Positions 27,110 through 36,900 of a stretch of DNA of 64,000 nt are shown here, one piece after another. This DNA comes from a virus. Every line of letters begins with the position of its first letter. Position 1 is the stretch's first letter. Location of the stretch: the IMG/VR virus record IMGVR_UViG_3300043788_000169, positions 32,001 to 96,000 of that record. One strand, 5' to 3'. Under the pieces are notes generated by a model. The model made no database searches and was not told the DNA's origin. It saw only the letters and a list, made by a program, of their open reading frames with translations. The position numbers and the translations under genes were made by a program.

Positions 27110-27502
27110 ATGTCCGGGTCTAGCCTGGTCCCGCTCTATTACCTTTCGGGTATAGGTGTGGCTGTAGGCGGAGGCGTGGCCGGCGTGCGCAGTTACCTCG
27201 GACGGCAGCGCGAGAAGTGGCTGCAGGAGGGCGCCAAAGAGGCGGACCTCGCCAAGGTGCTGGAGGCTAACAGCCGGGTCGGGGCCGGCAACACCGAGGC
27301 CATCGACCGCATGTCGGTCGAGCTGCGGCGGGTGGGTGAGGATCTGCGCGCCTTCACCTCCGAGGCGTCACGCCGGCTGGACGCCGTGGACCGGCGCTTC
27401 GATACGGCAGACCAGCGCACCCAGGCGATTGAGGATGCGCTGTGGGGCCAGCGCGGGCGCCTGCCGGACCGAGGTATCCCCGGCCAGCCCGACCACATGT
27501 AG
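27110..27502 (+). CDS. TM plus coiled-coil protein (holin-like region)
   Basis: N-terminal hydrophobic helix then coiled coil. Confidence 0.65.
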   Translation: MSGSSLVPLYYLSGIGVAVGGGVAGVRSYLGRQREKWLQEGAKEADLAKVLEANSRVGAGNTEAIDRMSVELRRVGEDLRAFTSEASRRLDAVDRRFDTADQRTQAIEDALWGQRGRLPDRGIPGQPDHM

Positions 27503-27510
27503 GAGGGGCT

Positions 27511-27747
27511 GTGGGGTTCTTGAGCAAGCATGCGGGCTTCATCACCATCATCTTTGTGATCGTGGCGGGCCTGCTGACGGTCGGCTTCTGCTACTGGATT
27601 GTGGCCAGCACCAAGGAATCGGTCTGCCGGCCGGTGCTCCGGCTGGTGGAGAAGCCGGAGCCGGTGGGTCTGACGCCTTCGCAGGCCGCGTCGTTCGAGT
27701 ACAACCACAGGACTTACGCGCAGCTGTACGTCGACCTTGGGTGCTAG
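27511..27747 (+). CDS. single-TM membrane protein
   Basis: AGGAGG RBS; FITIIFVIVAGLLTVGFCYWIV. Confidence 0.65.
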   Translation: MGFLSKHAGFITIIFVIVAGLLTVGFCYWIVASTKESVCRPVLRLVEKPEPVGLTPSQAASFEYNHRTYAQLYVDLGC

Positions 27748-27784
27748 CCGGTCCCCACGATAGCGTGCAGTATGGAGAACTGAG

Positions 27785-27964
27785 ATGCCTAAGATGGAAG
27801 ATTGGATGGAAGAGGGACGTGTTTACACGGATCTCGATCCCCTTGCCGTAGCTTATGCTGTGCGCCGACAGCGACTGTGGTATCGGCGTGTGTGGAAGAT
27901 TGCTAGGGCTGTCTTCCCCTATGCGGTGAGTGTCGCGGCGCTTATCGTTTCGGTGGTCAGGTGA
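27785..27964 (+). CDS. 59-aa protein with C-terminal TM (absent from the ORF track)
   Basis: MPKMEDW...AVFPYAVSVAALIVSVVR; lower-GC segment. Confidence 0.45.
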   Translation: MPKMEDWMEEGRVYTDLDPLAVAYAVRRQRLWYRRVWKIARAVFPYAVSVAALIVSVVR

Positions 27965-27995
27965 GTCAGTAGTACGGGATCTCCGTATTACTGAC

Positions 27996-28589
27996 ATGAA
28001 ACGACTTGAGGTAGAAGGACAGCGCTTCGGCCGCTTGGTGGTTGTCTCCGAGGGCCCGAAGCAGAACGTCACTGAGAAGCGCCCAGAGGGTCTGCGCAGT
28101 GTCGTCTGTCAATGCGATTGCGGGAACCTGACCACGGTGCTCCTCATGAATCTGGTGGCCGGGAAGGTCACCTCCTGCGGCTGCGTCCGGAAAGAGCAGC
28201 TGGCCGCTCGTAACACAGCTACCAAAACGACGCACGGTGGGCGTCGGCACGAGCTGTACGCCACGTGGACAGGGATGCGGGCTCGCTGCCTCAATCCAGA
28301 TAACCCGGGGTACCGGAACTACGGCGGCCGGGGGATCGGGATAAGTCCGCGGTGGGTGAACGACTTCGCCACTTTCGTGGCTGACATCGAGGCAGAGATC
28401 GGCCCGCGGCCCGCCGGGAAGAGCCTCGACCGCAAGGACAATGATGGGAACTACGAGCAGGGGAACGTTCAGTGGGCTACGCCCCGGGAGCAAATGATCA
28501 ACCGGCGGTCGGTACATGTGCTGACGACCCGCATCCGGGATCTGGAGGCGGAGGTAGCGCGGCTCCACGCTTTGCTCGGTGAGTCCTAG
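27996..28589 (+). CDS. HNH homing-endonuclease-like protein, paralog of 23954..24496
   Basis: RFGRL, CQCDCG, SCGC, YGGRGI, SLDRKDNDGNYEQGNVQWA. Confidence 0.85.
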   Translation: MKRLEVEGQRFGRLVVVSEGPKQNVTEKRPEGLRSVVCQCDCGNLTTVLLMNLVAGKVTSCGCVRKEQLAARNTATKTTHGGRRHELYATWTGMRARCLNPDNPGYRNYGGRGIGISPRWVNDFATFVADIEAEIGPRPAGKSLDRKDNDGNYEQGNVQWATPREQMINRRSVHVLTTRIRDLEAEVARLHALLGES

Positions 28590-28659
28590 CCGATAAGGAC
28601 AGCGACCAGGTTTCCTGCCCGGCCGCTGCGCGTGGCTGACTCGCTGGAGGTGATGTACT

Positions 28660-29341
28660 GTGGCAACACAGTACTTTTGAGGGTTTCAGCCTTTCCCACG
28701 CAGCTATCCTCGACGGAATCAACGGCGCCGAGGGGCAGACCATCTACGGTGTGCGCAACGGCACGCTGAGCACGGACAACGGGAACTTCGAGAACACCGG
28801 CGATAACGTCGTGCTCTCCGAATGGTTCTGGATCAACTTCGCGAACCTGACCATTGAGTCCGGATTCATCCCGTTCCCGACAATCGCGGACATCACTGGC
28901 CTGAGCACGGTGACCAACGGCGTCACGGTCACCTCCGGCGTCGACTCCTCGGGCACGGCCCCGAACGACTACTACGCGATCCCGCTGTGGACGCTGAACT
29001 CGATGAACACCGTGACCAAGCCGGTGGGCCTGCGAGTGCCGTCCAAGGACAACGCGGGCAACATCCGCACGCTGGACTTCGTGCTCTACCGGGTGCAGTT
29101 CCAGCCGTTCAACTTCACGGGTCCTTCGTACAAGAACGGCCTGACCACGTCGATCGCCGGCCGCGCGCTGTTCTCGACCTATAACGAGGTCGGGCTGGCC
29201 CTGCCGGTGGCCTACGGTGGCCCCGGCTTCGAGCCGGGCACCACGACTCAGGCGGGCATGAGCATCGGCCGCCTGATCTCCAGCCCGGGATCGCTGTCCG
29301 GCACGTTCACGACCGAGCCGTTCCAGAACCCGGCAATCTAG
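28660..29341 (+). CDS. major tail (tube) protein, interrupted by a +1 frameshift after codon 6
   Basis: GGAGG RBS, GTG 28660, MATQYF then TGA; the +1 frame continues EGFSLSHAAILDG... into ORF 28751..29341; lies upstream of tail chaperones. Confidence 0.7.
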
Positions 29342-29344
29342 CCC

Positions 29345-29710
29345 ATGGCGTACTGGACTCCGCCGTTCCGGGACAGCAGGCATGCGCCCATGGCCGGGAC
29401 GGCGGGGTTCTGCTACGCAGACAACCAGCTGTGTGGCGGGGAGGACACTGCCGGGCAGGCGATCATCTGCCTATGCTGCCGGGCAGCGGCTGCGTCTTCC
29501 CCCGCAGTTCCGTCACCCGCTGGCTCCCCGGATGTCCCCATCGGGGAGCCAGCTCAGCCGGACCCGGCGCAGCCTGTGCTCACCGACCAGCCGCAGACCG
29601 CGGGCGAGCAGTCTGTGCAGCAGGCAGGCCAGGAGGGCATGGCCGAGCCCGGCTCTGGCGCCCTCGCTGACCCTGCGTGGCCGAACCGGCCGCCAGAGGT
29701 CCCGGTCTAG
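29345..29710 (+). CDS. hypothetical Pro/Ala/Gln-rich protein
   Basis: ORF fills the gap between major tail and chaperone genes. Confidence 0.55.
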   Translation: MAYWTPPFRDSRHAPMAGTAGFCYADNQLCGGEDTAGQAIICLCCRAAAASSPAVPSPAGSPDVPIGEPAQPDPAQPVLTDQPQTAGEQSVQQAGQEGMAEPGSGALADPAWPNRPPEVPV

Positions 29711-29757
29711 CCGATAGCCCCTCCCGTACGCCATCACGCGAGTCCCTGGGAGGGCCC

Positions 29758-30309
29758 ATGGCTGATTCTGATCTTGACCGGATCGACCCCGAGGGCGCCA
29801 TCATCGCCCTGCAGGATGGAACTGAGGTCCGTGTCGTCCGGCTCCGCACCCGGCAGTTCTTCCGGTTCCTGCGCATCCTCACCCACGGGGGCGGTGAGGC
29901 TCTGGTCCGGGCGATCGACTTTAACGCCCCGGCTGAGGAGTTCGCGCAGCGCCTGGCCATGGCCGTGCTGTTCTCGATCCCCGACGCCGAGAACGAGGCC
30001 ATCCTGTTCGTCCAGTCGATGTGCCGGCCCCCGGACGTCGCGGCCCCCGAGGTGCAGCGGCTGAGCGAGGACAAGGTCAAGGCCGACGACGCCAAGTACG
30101 GCGCTCTCGGTGTCAAGCTGGCCAACCCGGAGCTGGAGGACACGGTCACGATCATCGAGACGGTGATCAAGCAGGAGGCCGAGGACATCCAGGCACTGGG
30201 AAAGCGCCTCGCCGGCCTGCTGAAACTGGCGGACAGGACCGGCCAGCTGAAGCCAGGGACTCCGACCGAGCCGCCGACGCCAGCGGAGATGGCAGCAGCG
30301 GCCTCGTAG
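29758..30309 (+). CDS. tail assembly chaperone (gpG-like)
   Basis: GGGAGG RBS; two genes upstream of tape measure; contains GGGAAAG slippery site. Confidence 0.75.
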   Translation: MADSDLDRIDPEGAIIALQDGTEVRVVRLRTRQFFRFLRILTHGGGEALVRAIDFNAPAEEFAQRLAMAVLFSIPDAENEAILFVQSMCRPPDVAAPEVQRLSEDKVKADDAKYGALGVKLANPELEDTVTIIETVIKQEAEDIQALGKRLAGLLKLADRTGQLKPGTPTEPPTPAEMAAAAS

Positions 30310-30884
30310 GCGCATACGCCGTCATCTTCGACCGGATCAGCGCCGAGTACGGATGGCCCGATGAGCGGATCCTCGACCTCACTCTCGGCCGCCTCCGTCA
30401 GGTCAGCGAGGCCATCGGCCGCCGTCTCCAGATGGAGGAGGAGGTCCGGCTCAAGGCCCTGGAGTGGCAGACCAAGACCCTGTGCCACTTCATCGCGGCC
30501 ACGGTGCAGTTCGACCTGGATAAGACCGGCGGCCGTAATCCGCTGTCTGACCTTGCCGCTGAGATCTCGATCCGGCCCCCTGCGAAGTCCCCGGAAGACG
30601 ATGAACTGGACAGGATGCGTGGCGAGCCTGACGGCTGGGTCACGCACGAGGAAGGGATGCGGCGGATGCGCAAGGCAGCAGGCGGCTCGGCCGCTCCCTC
30701 CCGCGCGACCGACACGCTGACCGTGGACGCCGACGGCAACGTGACCGGCTCCGCGCTCACCTCTGAGCTGGCGCCGGAGGAGCAGGCAGCGGCCGACGCC
30801 AACGCGCCCGGCAGTTTCGAGGCGTTCATGCTGGCCTTCGGCGGCGGCGGGACACCCCCGCCGCGGGGGCCCATCCCCTCCTAG
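30198..30884 (+). CDS. tail assembly chaperone -1 frameshift extension (gpGT-like)
   Basis: G GGA AAG at 30198-30204; -1 frame open to 30884 with ISAEYGWPDERILDLT. Confidence 0.7.
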   Translation, partial: GKAPRRPAETGGQDRPAEARDSDRAADASGDGSSGLVGAYAVIFDRISAEYGWPDERILDLTLGRLRQVSEAIGRRLQMEEEVRLKALEWQTKTLCHFIAATVQFDLDKTGGRNPLSDLAAEISIRPPAKSPEDDELDRMRGEPDGWVTHEEGMRRMRKAAGGSAAPSRATDTLTVDADGNVTGSALTSELAPEEQAAADANAPGSFEAFMLAFGGGGTPPPRGPIPS

Positions 30885-30922
30885 CGGAGGACATGCAGGT
30901 GCGGTAGAGCGGGAGGTGAGAC

Positions 30923-33900
30923 GTGGCTGACGACTACGACGTCATCTACCGCGCGCTTGCTGACTTCTCCCAGCTGACCACCGCGGCCGCCAAGGCCCGC
31001 GAAGACCTCAAGAGCATGCAGGAGGCTGCTCGCGAGGAGTCCGCCGAGGAGACCCGCGGGGCAGCCGAGTCCGCTGCTGCGCACGACCGGGACACCGCGG
31101 CGATCAAGCGTCAGCGGGACGCGCTGGTCGAGCTGGCCGCCACGTCCAAGGCCGCGAACAAAGAGACCACGTTCGGCGGCCGGGACTCGATGCAGGCGCA
31201 TCTGTCCGACCTGGACGCGGAGCGCCAGAAGGAAGACCTGCTCAACCGCACCCGCTGGGGCGGGATGTCCAACCCGCAGAGCTGGGAGGCGTGGCAGCAG
31301 CAGGTCTGGCAGCACCAGATCATCCGGAACAAGGAAGCCCGGCAGGGTTACGCCACCCCGGACCAGTACCTGAGCTACCTGGACCAGGAGCGCTCGCGGA
31401 TCCAGGCCCAGACCGACGCTATGAAGAGCCGGTCCGGGGCCATCGCGTCCGAGGCCCAGGCCCTGCAGGCCCACAACGACGCGCTGAGGGGCGCGCACGA
31501 GTCCGCGGGCACCCTCGGTACCACCGGGACGCAGAACATCCAGGGCTGGACCTCAGCGCTCGCCGGGGTGCCCACCGACCTCACCACCCGGGTGCGCTTC
31601 GATGATGCCGAGGCCATGCGAGAGGGTGAGCGCTACCGCGCCTCGCTCGCGGGGGCGCCCGGCCAGATCATCACCACCGCCCGGCTCGATCTCGGCACTT
31701 ACCTCTCGGACATCGCCCGGCTCAAGCGCATGGCTGCGCTGGCCGGGCAGCCCGAGGGACCGCTGCCGTCGCTGTCCAGCTACACGCTGTCCGGCCCTGC
31801 GACGGCCGCCGGGCCGGGGATGCTCACGCCGGAGGCCATGCGCCGAATCCAGGCCGGGATCGAGGGCTACCAGGCCCCGCGCAACCAGTTCACCCCGCTG
31901 GAGCAGTACGAGCTGCGCAAGGCGGTCTCGACCTACCAGCCAGCGGGCACCTATCTCCCCGGCTACACGCCGTCGGCTCCGCCCGGCTTCCCTGCCGAGG
32001 TGCCCTACGAGCCGGTGTCCGGGCCGCAGGACGTCTTCACCGGCCATCCGGACCTGTCTGGGAGGTTCCCCGCCGACGTCACGCAGCGGCCGGGGGCTTC
32101 GAGCTTCCCGCCGCTCGCCCGGGTCCGGCCGCCGAGCCCCTTCTGGCAGGGCTCCGCCCGGCCCATGACGCCCGAGGGCGCCCCGATCCTGAGTACCGAG
32201 CCGTACTCCCCGTTCGGGCCCTCGGTCGGCATCCGCGGTAAGCAGACCGCGCTGGAAGACGTCGCCTCGATCAAGAGCGCGCTCAAGGATCTGTCTCAGC
32301 AGATCGCTAACCCCAAGGTGGAAGTCGACGCCGGGCGCACAGTCGACCAGCTGGCCACCGTCAACTTCGCGATGCGCCGGCTGCAGCAGGACTACAAGGG
32401 CACCGGCCTGCAGCCGTCCGGGTACTCCGACCTGCAGCGGCAGTTTAAGGACGTTCAGTCCCAGGCTGAGCGCGCGTTCGACTCGATCTCCGCCAAGGGC
32501 AGCAGCTCGGCCAACTCTGTCGGCGCCCGGTGGTCCGCGCTCAAGGGCGCCGTCGGTGACGCGTTCCGGTCCATGGAGGCCGGGGCCGACGACGCTGCCC
32601 AGCATGCCGGCGGCGCGTTCGCCACCCTCGGGGACCGGCTGCAGGGCGCGCTGCGCGGGCTGGCCGGCGGTGGCGGGGTCGGCAACGTCTTCAAGTCCCT
32701 GGCGCTCGCGGCGGCCGCCGCCGGGTCCTCGATCGTGGGCTCCATTGCTCCGATGATCGCCACCTTCACCGTGGTGATCCAGCTGCTCCCGGCGCTGGTC
32801 GCCGGGTTCGGCGCGCTGGCTACCGTGTTCGCCGCGATGCCGGAGACCATCGCGGCCATCGCCACCGCCATGGCCACGCTCAAGGAAGCGATCGACCCGG
32901 TCGTGGCCGCGCTCCAGGCGTACTCCGCGGTGCTGGAGGCGTCCGAGTCCGCAGCCGCCAACCCGCTGCAGACGGCCATGCAAATGGCCCAGATGCAGAA
33001 CCAGCTGGCCAATGCCTATTACGAGGTCGGGCAGGCCGCGTACGAGGCGATGGAGACCCAGCTCCAGGACGCCCACGCGGTCTCCGACGCCCAGTACAGC
33101 CTGAGCCAGGCGGTCGTCCAGTCTGCGAACGCTCAGGTTGTGGCCGCGCACGCGGTCTACGATGCGCAGTTCCAGGTCAGCCAGGCCAACTTCGAGCAGT
33201 CCATCCAGCAGGTCGAGTCGGCTATGAGCGTGGCCGACGCCCAGCACTCCCTGGCTGACGCGGTCTTCGCCACCCAGCAGGCCCAGTACCAGCTCGACAT
33301 CGCGTGGCAGACGGCGTCGGAGGATCTGGCCAACCTGATGATCCAGGTTGACTACGCCTCGGTCAACCTGCGCGGCGCCCAGCTCGCCCTGGAGCAGGCG
33401 CAGCAGAACTACGCCACGACCATGGCCAACTCCAACGCCACGGCGCTGGACCGGGCCCAGGCTGCCTACCAGATCCAGCAGGCCGAGGAAGCGCTGGCCG
33501 AGCAGGAGCAGCAGAACAAGGACACCGAGACTCAGCTGGCCGACGTCCGCAAGTACGGCGCCAGCCAGGTCTTCGGGGTCACCCAGGCCCAGCACGCGCT
33601 CACCGACGCCGAGTTCCAGCAGCAGCAGGCTGCCAAGGAACTGGTCGTCACCGAGCGTGAGGCGGCCAACGCGCAGATCGAGGCGGCCCACGAGGTCATC
33701 GACGCGGTCTTCGAGCTGCAGCAGGCGTACTTCAACCAGAAAGAAACCGCGATCACGGGGGCCCACCAGGTCTCCGACGCCCAGTTCGAGCTGTCCCAGG
33801 CGCAGATGCAGCAGGGCGAGGGGTTCGTCACCTCGGCCCACGACCAGTCGCAGGCTGCCTTCGAGCTGCAGCAGGCCATTGACCAGATGGCGCTGGGCCT

Positions 33901-36900
33901 GCCGTCCATCGCGAGCGCTGAAGAGCAGCTCGCGACCGACATGTATAAGCTCGGCCCGGCCGCCAAGACCGCGGTGCTCGACCTGGAGCCGCTGGCCAAG
34001 TGGTTCGTCACCAACAAGTCGATCGGCCAGGCGTTCTTCAGCCAGATGCTGCCGTCGCTGTCCCACATCGGCTCCATCCTGCGGCCGCTCCAGGGCTACC
34101 TCGTGTCCATGGCCCTGGTGCTGGGTTCTGCGGCGAACAGCGCACTGACCTGGTTCGAGAAGCTGACCAGCAGCCCGGCCTGGAAGATCCTGACCTCCGG
34201 CGCGATCAGCGTCATCCGCTCGCTGGCGGACGCCGTCGGCCATGTGGCAGACGGCTTCACCAAGCTGGCTATCGTGGCCACGCCGTTCACCGAGTGGCTG
34301 ATGCGCGGGATCGACCATCTCGCTGACCGCTTTGATAAGTGGGCCACCAACGCAGACAAGGCCGGATCGAACTTCCGTCGCTGGCTGCGGGATGTAAAGC
34401 CAGCCCTGGACGACATCGGCGGCGTGGTCAAGGCCATCGTAGATGGCTTCTCCATCATGGCGGGCGGCCCTATGGGCAGCTCGGGTTCTCTTACGGCTCT
34501 GCACGAGTTCGAGAACCTGATGAAGGAACTCAGCACCACTATCCTGCCCGCGTTCTTCTCCATGATCCACGCGCTGTCCAGCCCGCAGATGGTGGCCGCC
34601 ATCACGCAGCTGTTCGGTGCCATGACCAAGCTGCTGCTGATCATCGTCAACACCCCTGGATTCCAGCTCGGGTTCCAGCTGGCCATCCGCGGCTTCACCC
34701 TGCTGCTCGACGCCATCTCCAAGGTGATGGAGGTCAAGGGCGTCGGGGACGTACTCGGCGTCATAGCGGGCGGGATCATCGCGCTCGGCGCCGCGTTCAC
34801 GGTGCTGAAGTACACCGGCATCCTGGCCCTGATCAACAACCTCAAGCGGGTAAAGAGCGCCGCCCAGACCGCTTATGAGTGGCTCAAGAAAGTCACCGGG
34901 TTCGGCGGGGGAACTGGCGAGAGCGGTGCCGGGGAGTCCACCCCCAGCCCCACCACCGGCACTGCGGGCCAGGCTTTCTGGGACAAGATCGTTGACGCCG
35001 CGCAGACGTTCAAGCGGATCATCACGGGCGGGGCCGCTGAGGCCAGCGACGACCTGGAGGCCGGGGGTGCCAAGGCCGGCGACAGCATCGAGGCCGGAGC
35101 GGCCACGGCCAAGGCCGACGAGGAGGTCGGCGGTGCCTCGGGCAGCGGGGAAGGCGTTGCGGGTGGTGGCCTCGCCGCGATCCTGGGCAAGCTTGGGCTG
35201 TCCAGCGGCATCATCACCCCGCTCGGCGCCGGTCTCATCGCAGGCGCGATCATCAGGGCGATCGGGGACCGCCTCGCCCCGGCCGGGAGCACCGCGGGCA
35301 AGTACAGCTCGGCCATCCAGAGCAGCGGCTTCGGCGGCCCGGGCGCGACTGGCCCGGCTGGCTTCATTGGCTGGGCGGCGGCCAACAAAGAGTTCAGCGC
35401 CTACAGCAATGATGTCTACAACTGGTTCACCCAGACGCTGCCGAATGCGGACAAGATCGCAGGCAATGCGATTGCCACTGGCTGGGACTGGGTCAACACC
35501 CAGTGGGTCAACCTCATCCAGAACCCAATTGATAATTTCTTCAACAGCACACTGCCCAACTTCTTCACAAACTCGGTGCCGAGCGCGGCTGCCTCGGGGT
35601 GGAATGCTGTCTGGGAGTTCTTCAGCCGGGACGTGTTCGGCCCGCTCGCTAATTTCTTCACCACCACCGTGCCGGGCTGGTTCAGCCTCACCGGGGTGCA
35701 CTGGGGCGCGCTGTGGAGCACTAGCTGGGACTACTTCACCGGCCATGTCATTGGCCCGGCAGATAATTTCTTCACCAAGGCCATCCCCGGCTATTTCGAT
35801 GACGTAAAGAACTGGTTTGAGCAGAAGGTTGGCTCCCCGATCGGCCACTGGTTCTCCACCACGCTGCCGAGCGGTATCGAGGGAGCCTTCAAGAACTCGA
35901 TCAACTGGGTCATCTCCAACGTGATCAACAAGGCGATCGGGTTCATCAATGATGTAACCGGTGTCGTCGGCATCCCCAAGATCAAGCCGGTGCAGCGGCT
36001 GGCCGCGGGCGGGCATGTCGGATCGGTCCCCGGGACCGGGGATGAGGACAGCGAGCACGCGATCCTCACGCCTGGCGAGTACGTCATCTCCAAGCCCGCG
36101 CGCATGGCGATCGACGCGCAGATGGGTCCTGGGTTCCTCTACGGCCTGAACTCGATGAAGGGCTACGCCTCGGGCGGCAGCGTTGGGGACAACGGATCCA
36201 ACCCGGTGTCCAACATGCTGGGGATCGCTGGCAACTTCCTGTCCGGGCTGGGCAGCGCCGGCGGGGTCATCGAGAACCTGATCGGCGGTGGCCTGCGCAA
36301 GGTCGAGGGCCTGTTCGGCAAGGGAGCCAAGGCTGTCTTCGATGGTGTGTGGGACCACGCCATCGAGCCGCTGGTCAGCAAGTTCCTGGACGGCGACTCG
36401 GCCGTGGACCGGCTTGGCGAAGCCGCCATGGCCAACATCAAGAAGGGAATCGACAAGTACCTGTCCACGCTCGGGCAGACCGGGCCGACGACGGGGATCT
36501 CCAAGCCGGTCACCGCCTTCACCGGCACCATCCTGCAAGTCCTCAAGATGCTCAAGCAGCCAGCGGGTGACCTGAACACCGTGCTGGCGCAGATGACCAC
36601 GGAGTCGGGCGGTAACGAGGACGCGGTCAACCGCACCGACATCAACTGGATCGAGGGCCACCCATCAGTCGGTCTGATGCAGGTGATTGGTCCGACGTTC
36701 GACACCTACGCTGGCCCGTACCGGGATGTCGGGCCCTTCCTGTACGGTGTCTCGACCAACCCGCTGGCGAACATCTACGCGGGCCTGAACTACGCCACCC
36801 ACCGGTACGGCGAGGGCTGGACATCCGTCCTGGGCCACGGCCACGGCTACTACACGGGCGGCGACGTCATCAGCGCCGTCAAGCAGGCCACGGCAAACCA

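Noticed and set aside
31553-36661. 1702-aa minus-strand ORF, and similar long antisense ORFs (699..2153, 1705..3153, 4062..5720, 36665..38275, 43235..45967)
   Set aside because: Shadow frames of high-GC genes on the opposite strand; no RBS, promoter or recognisable domains
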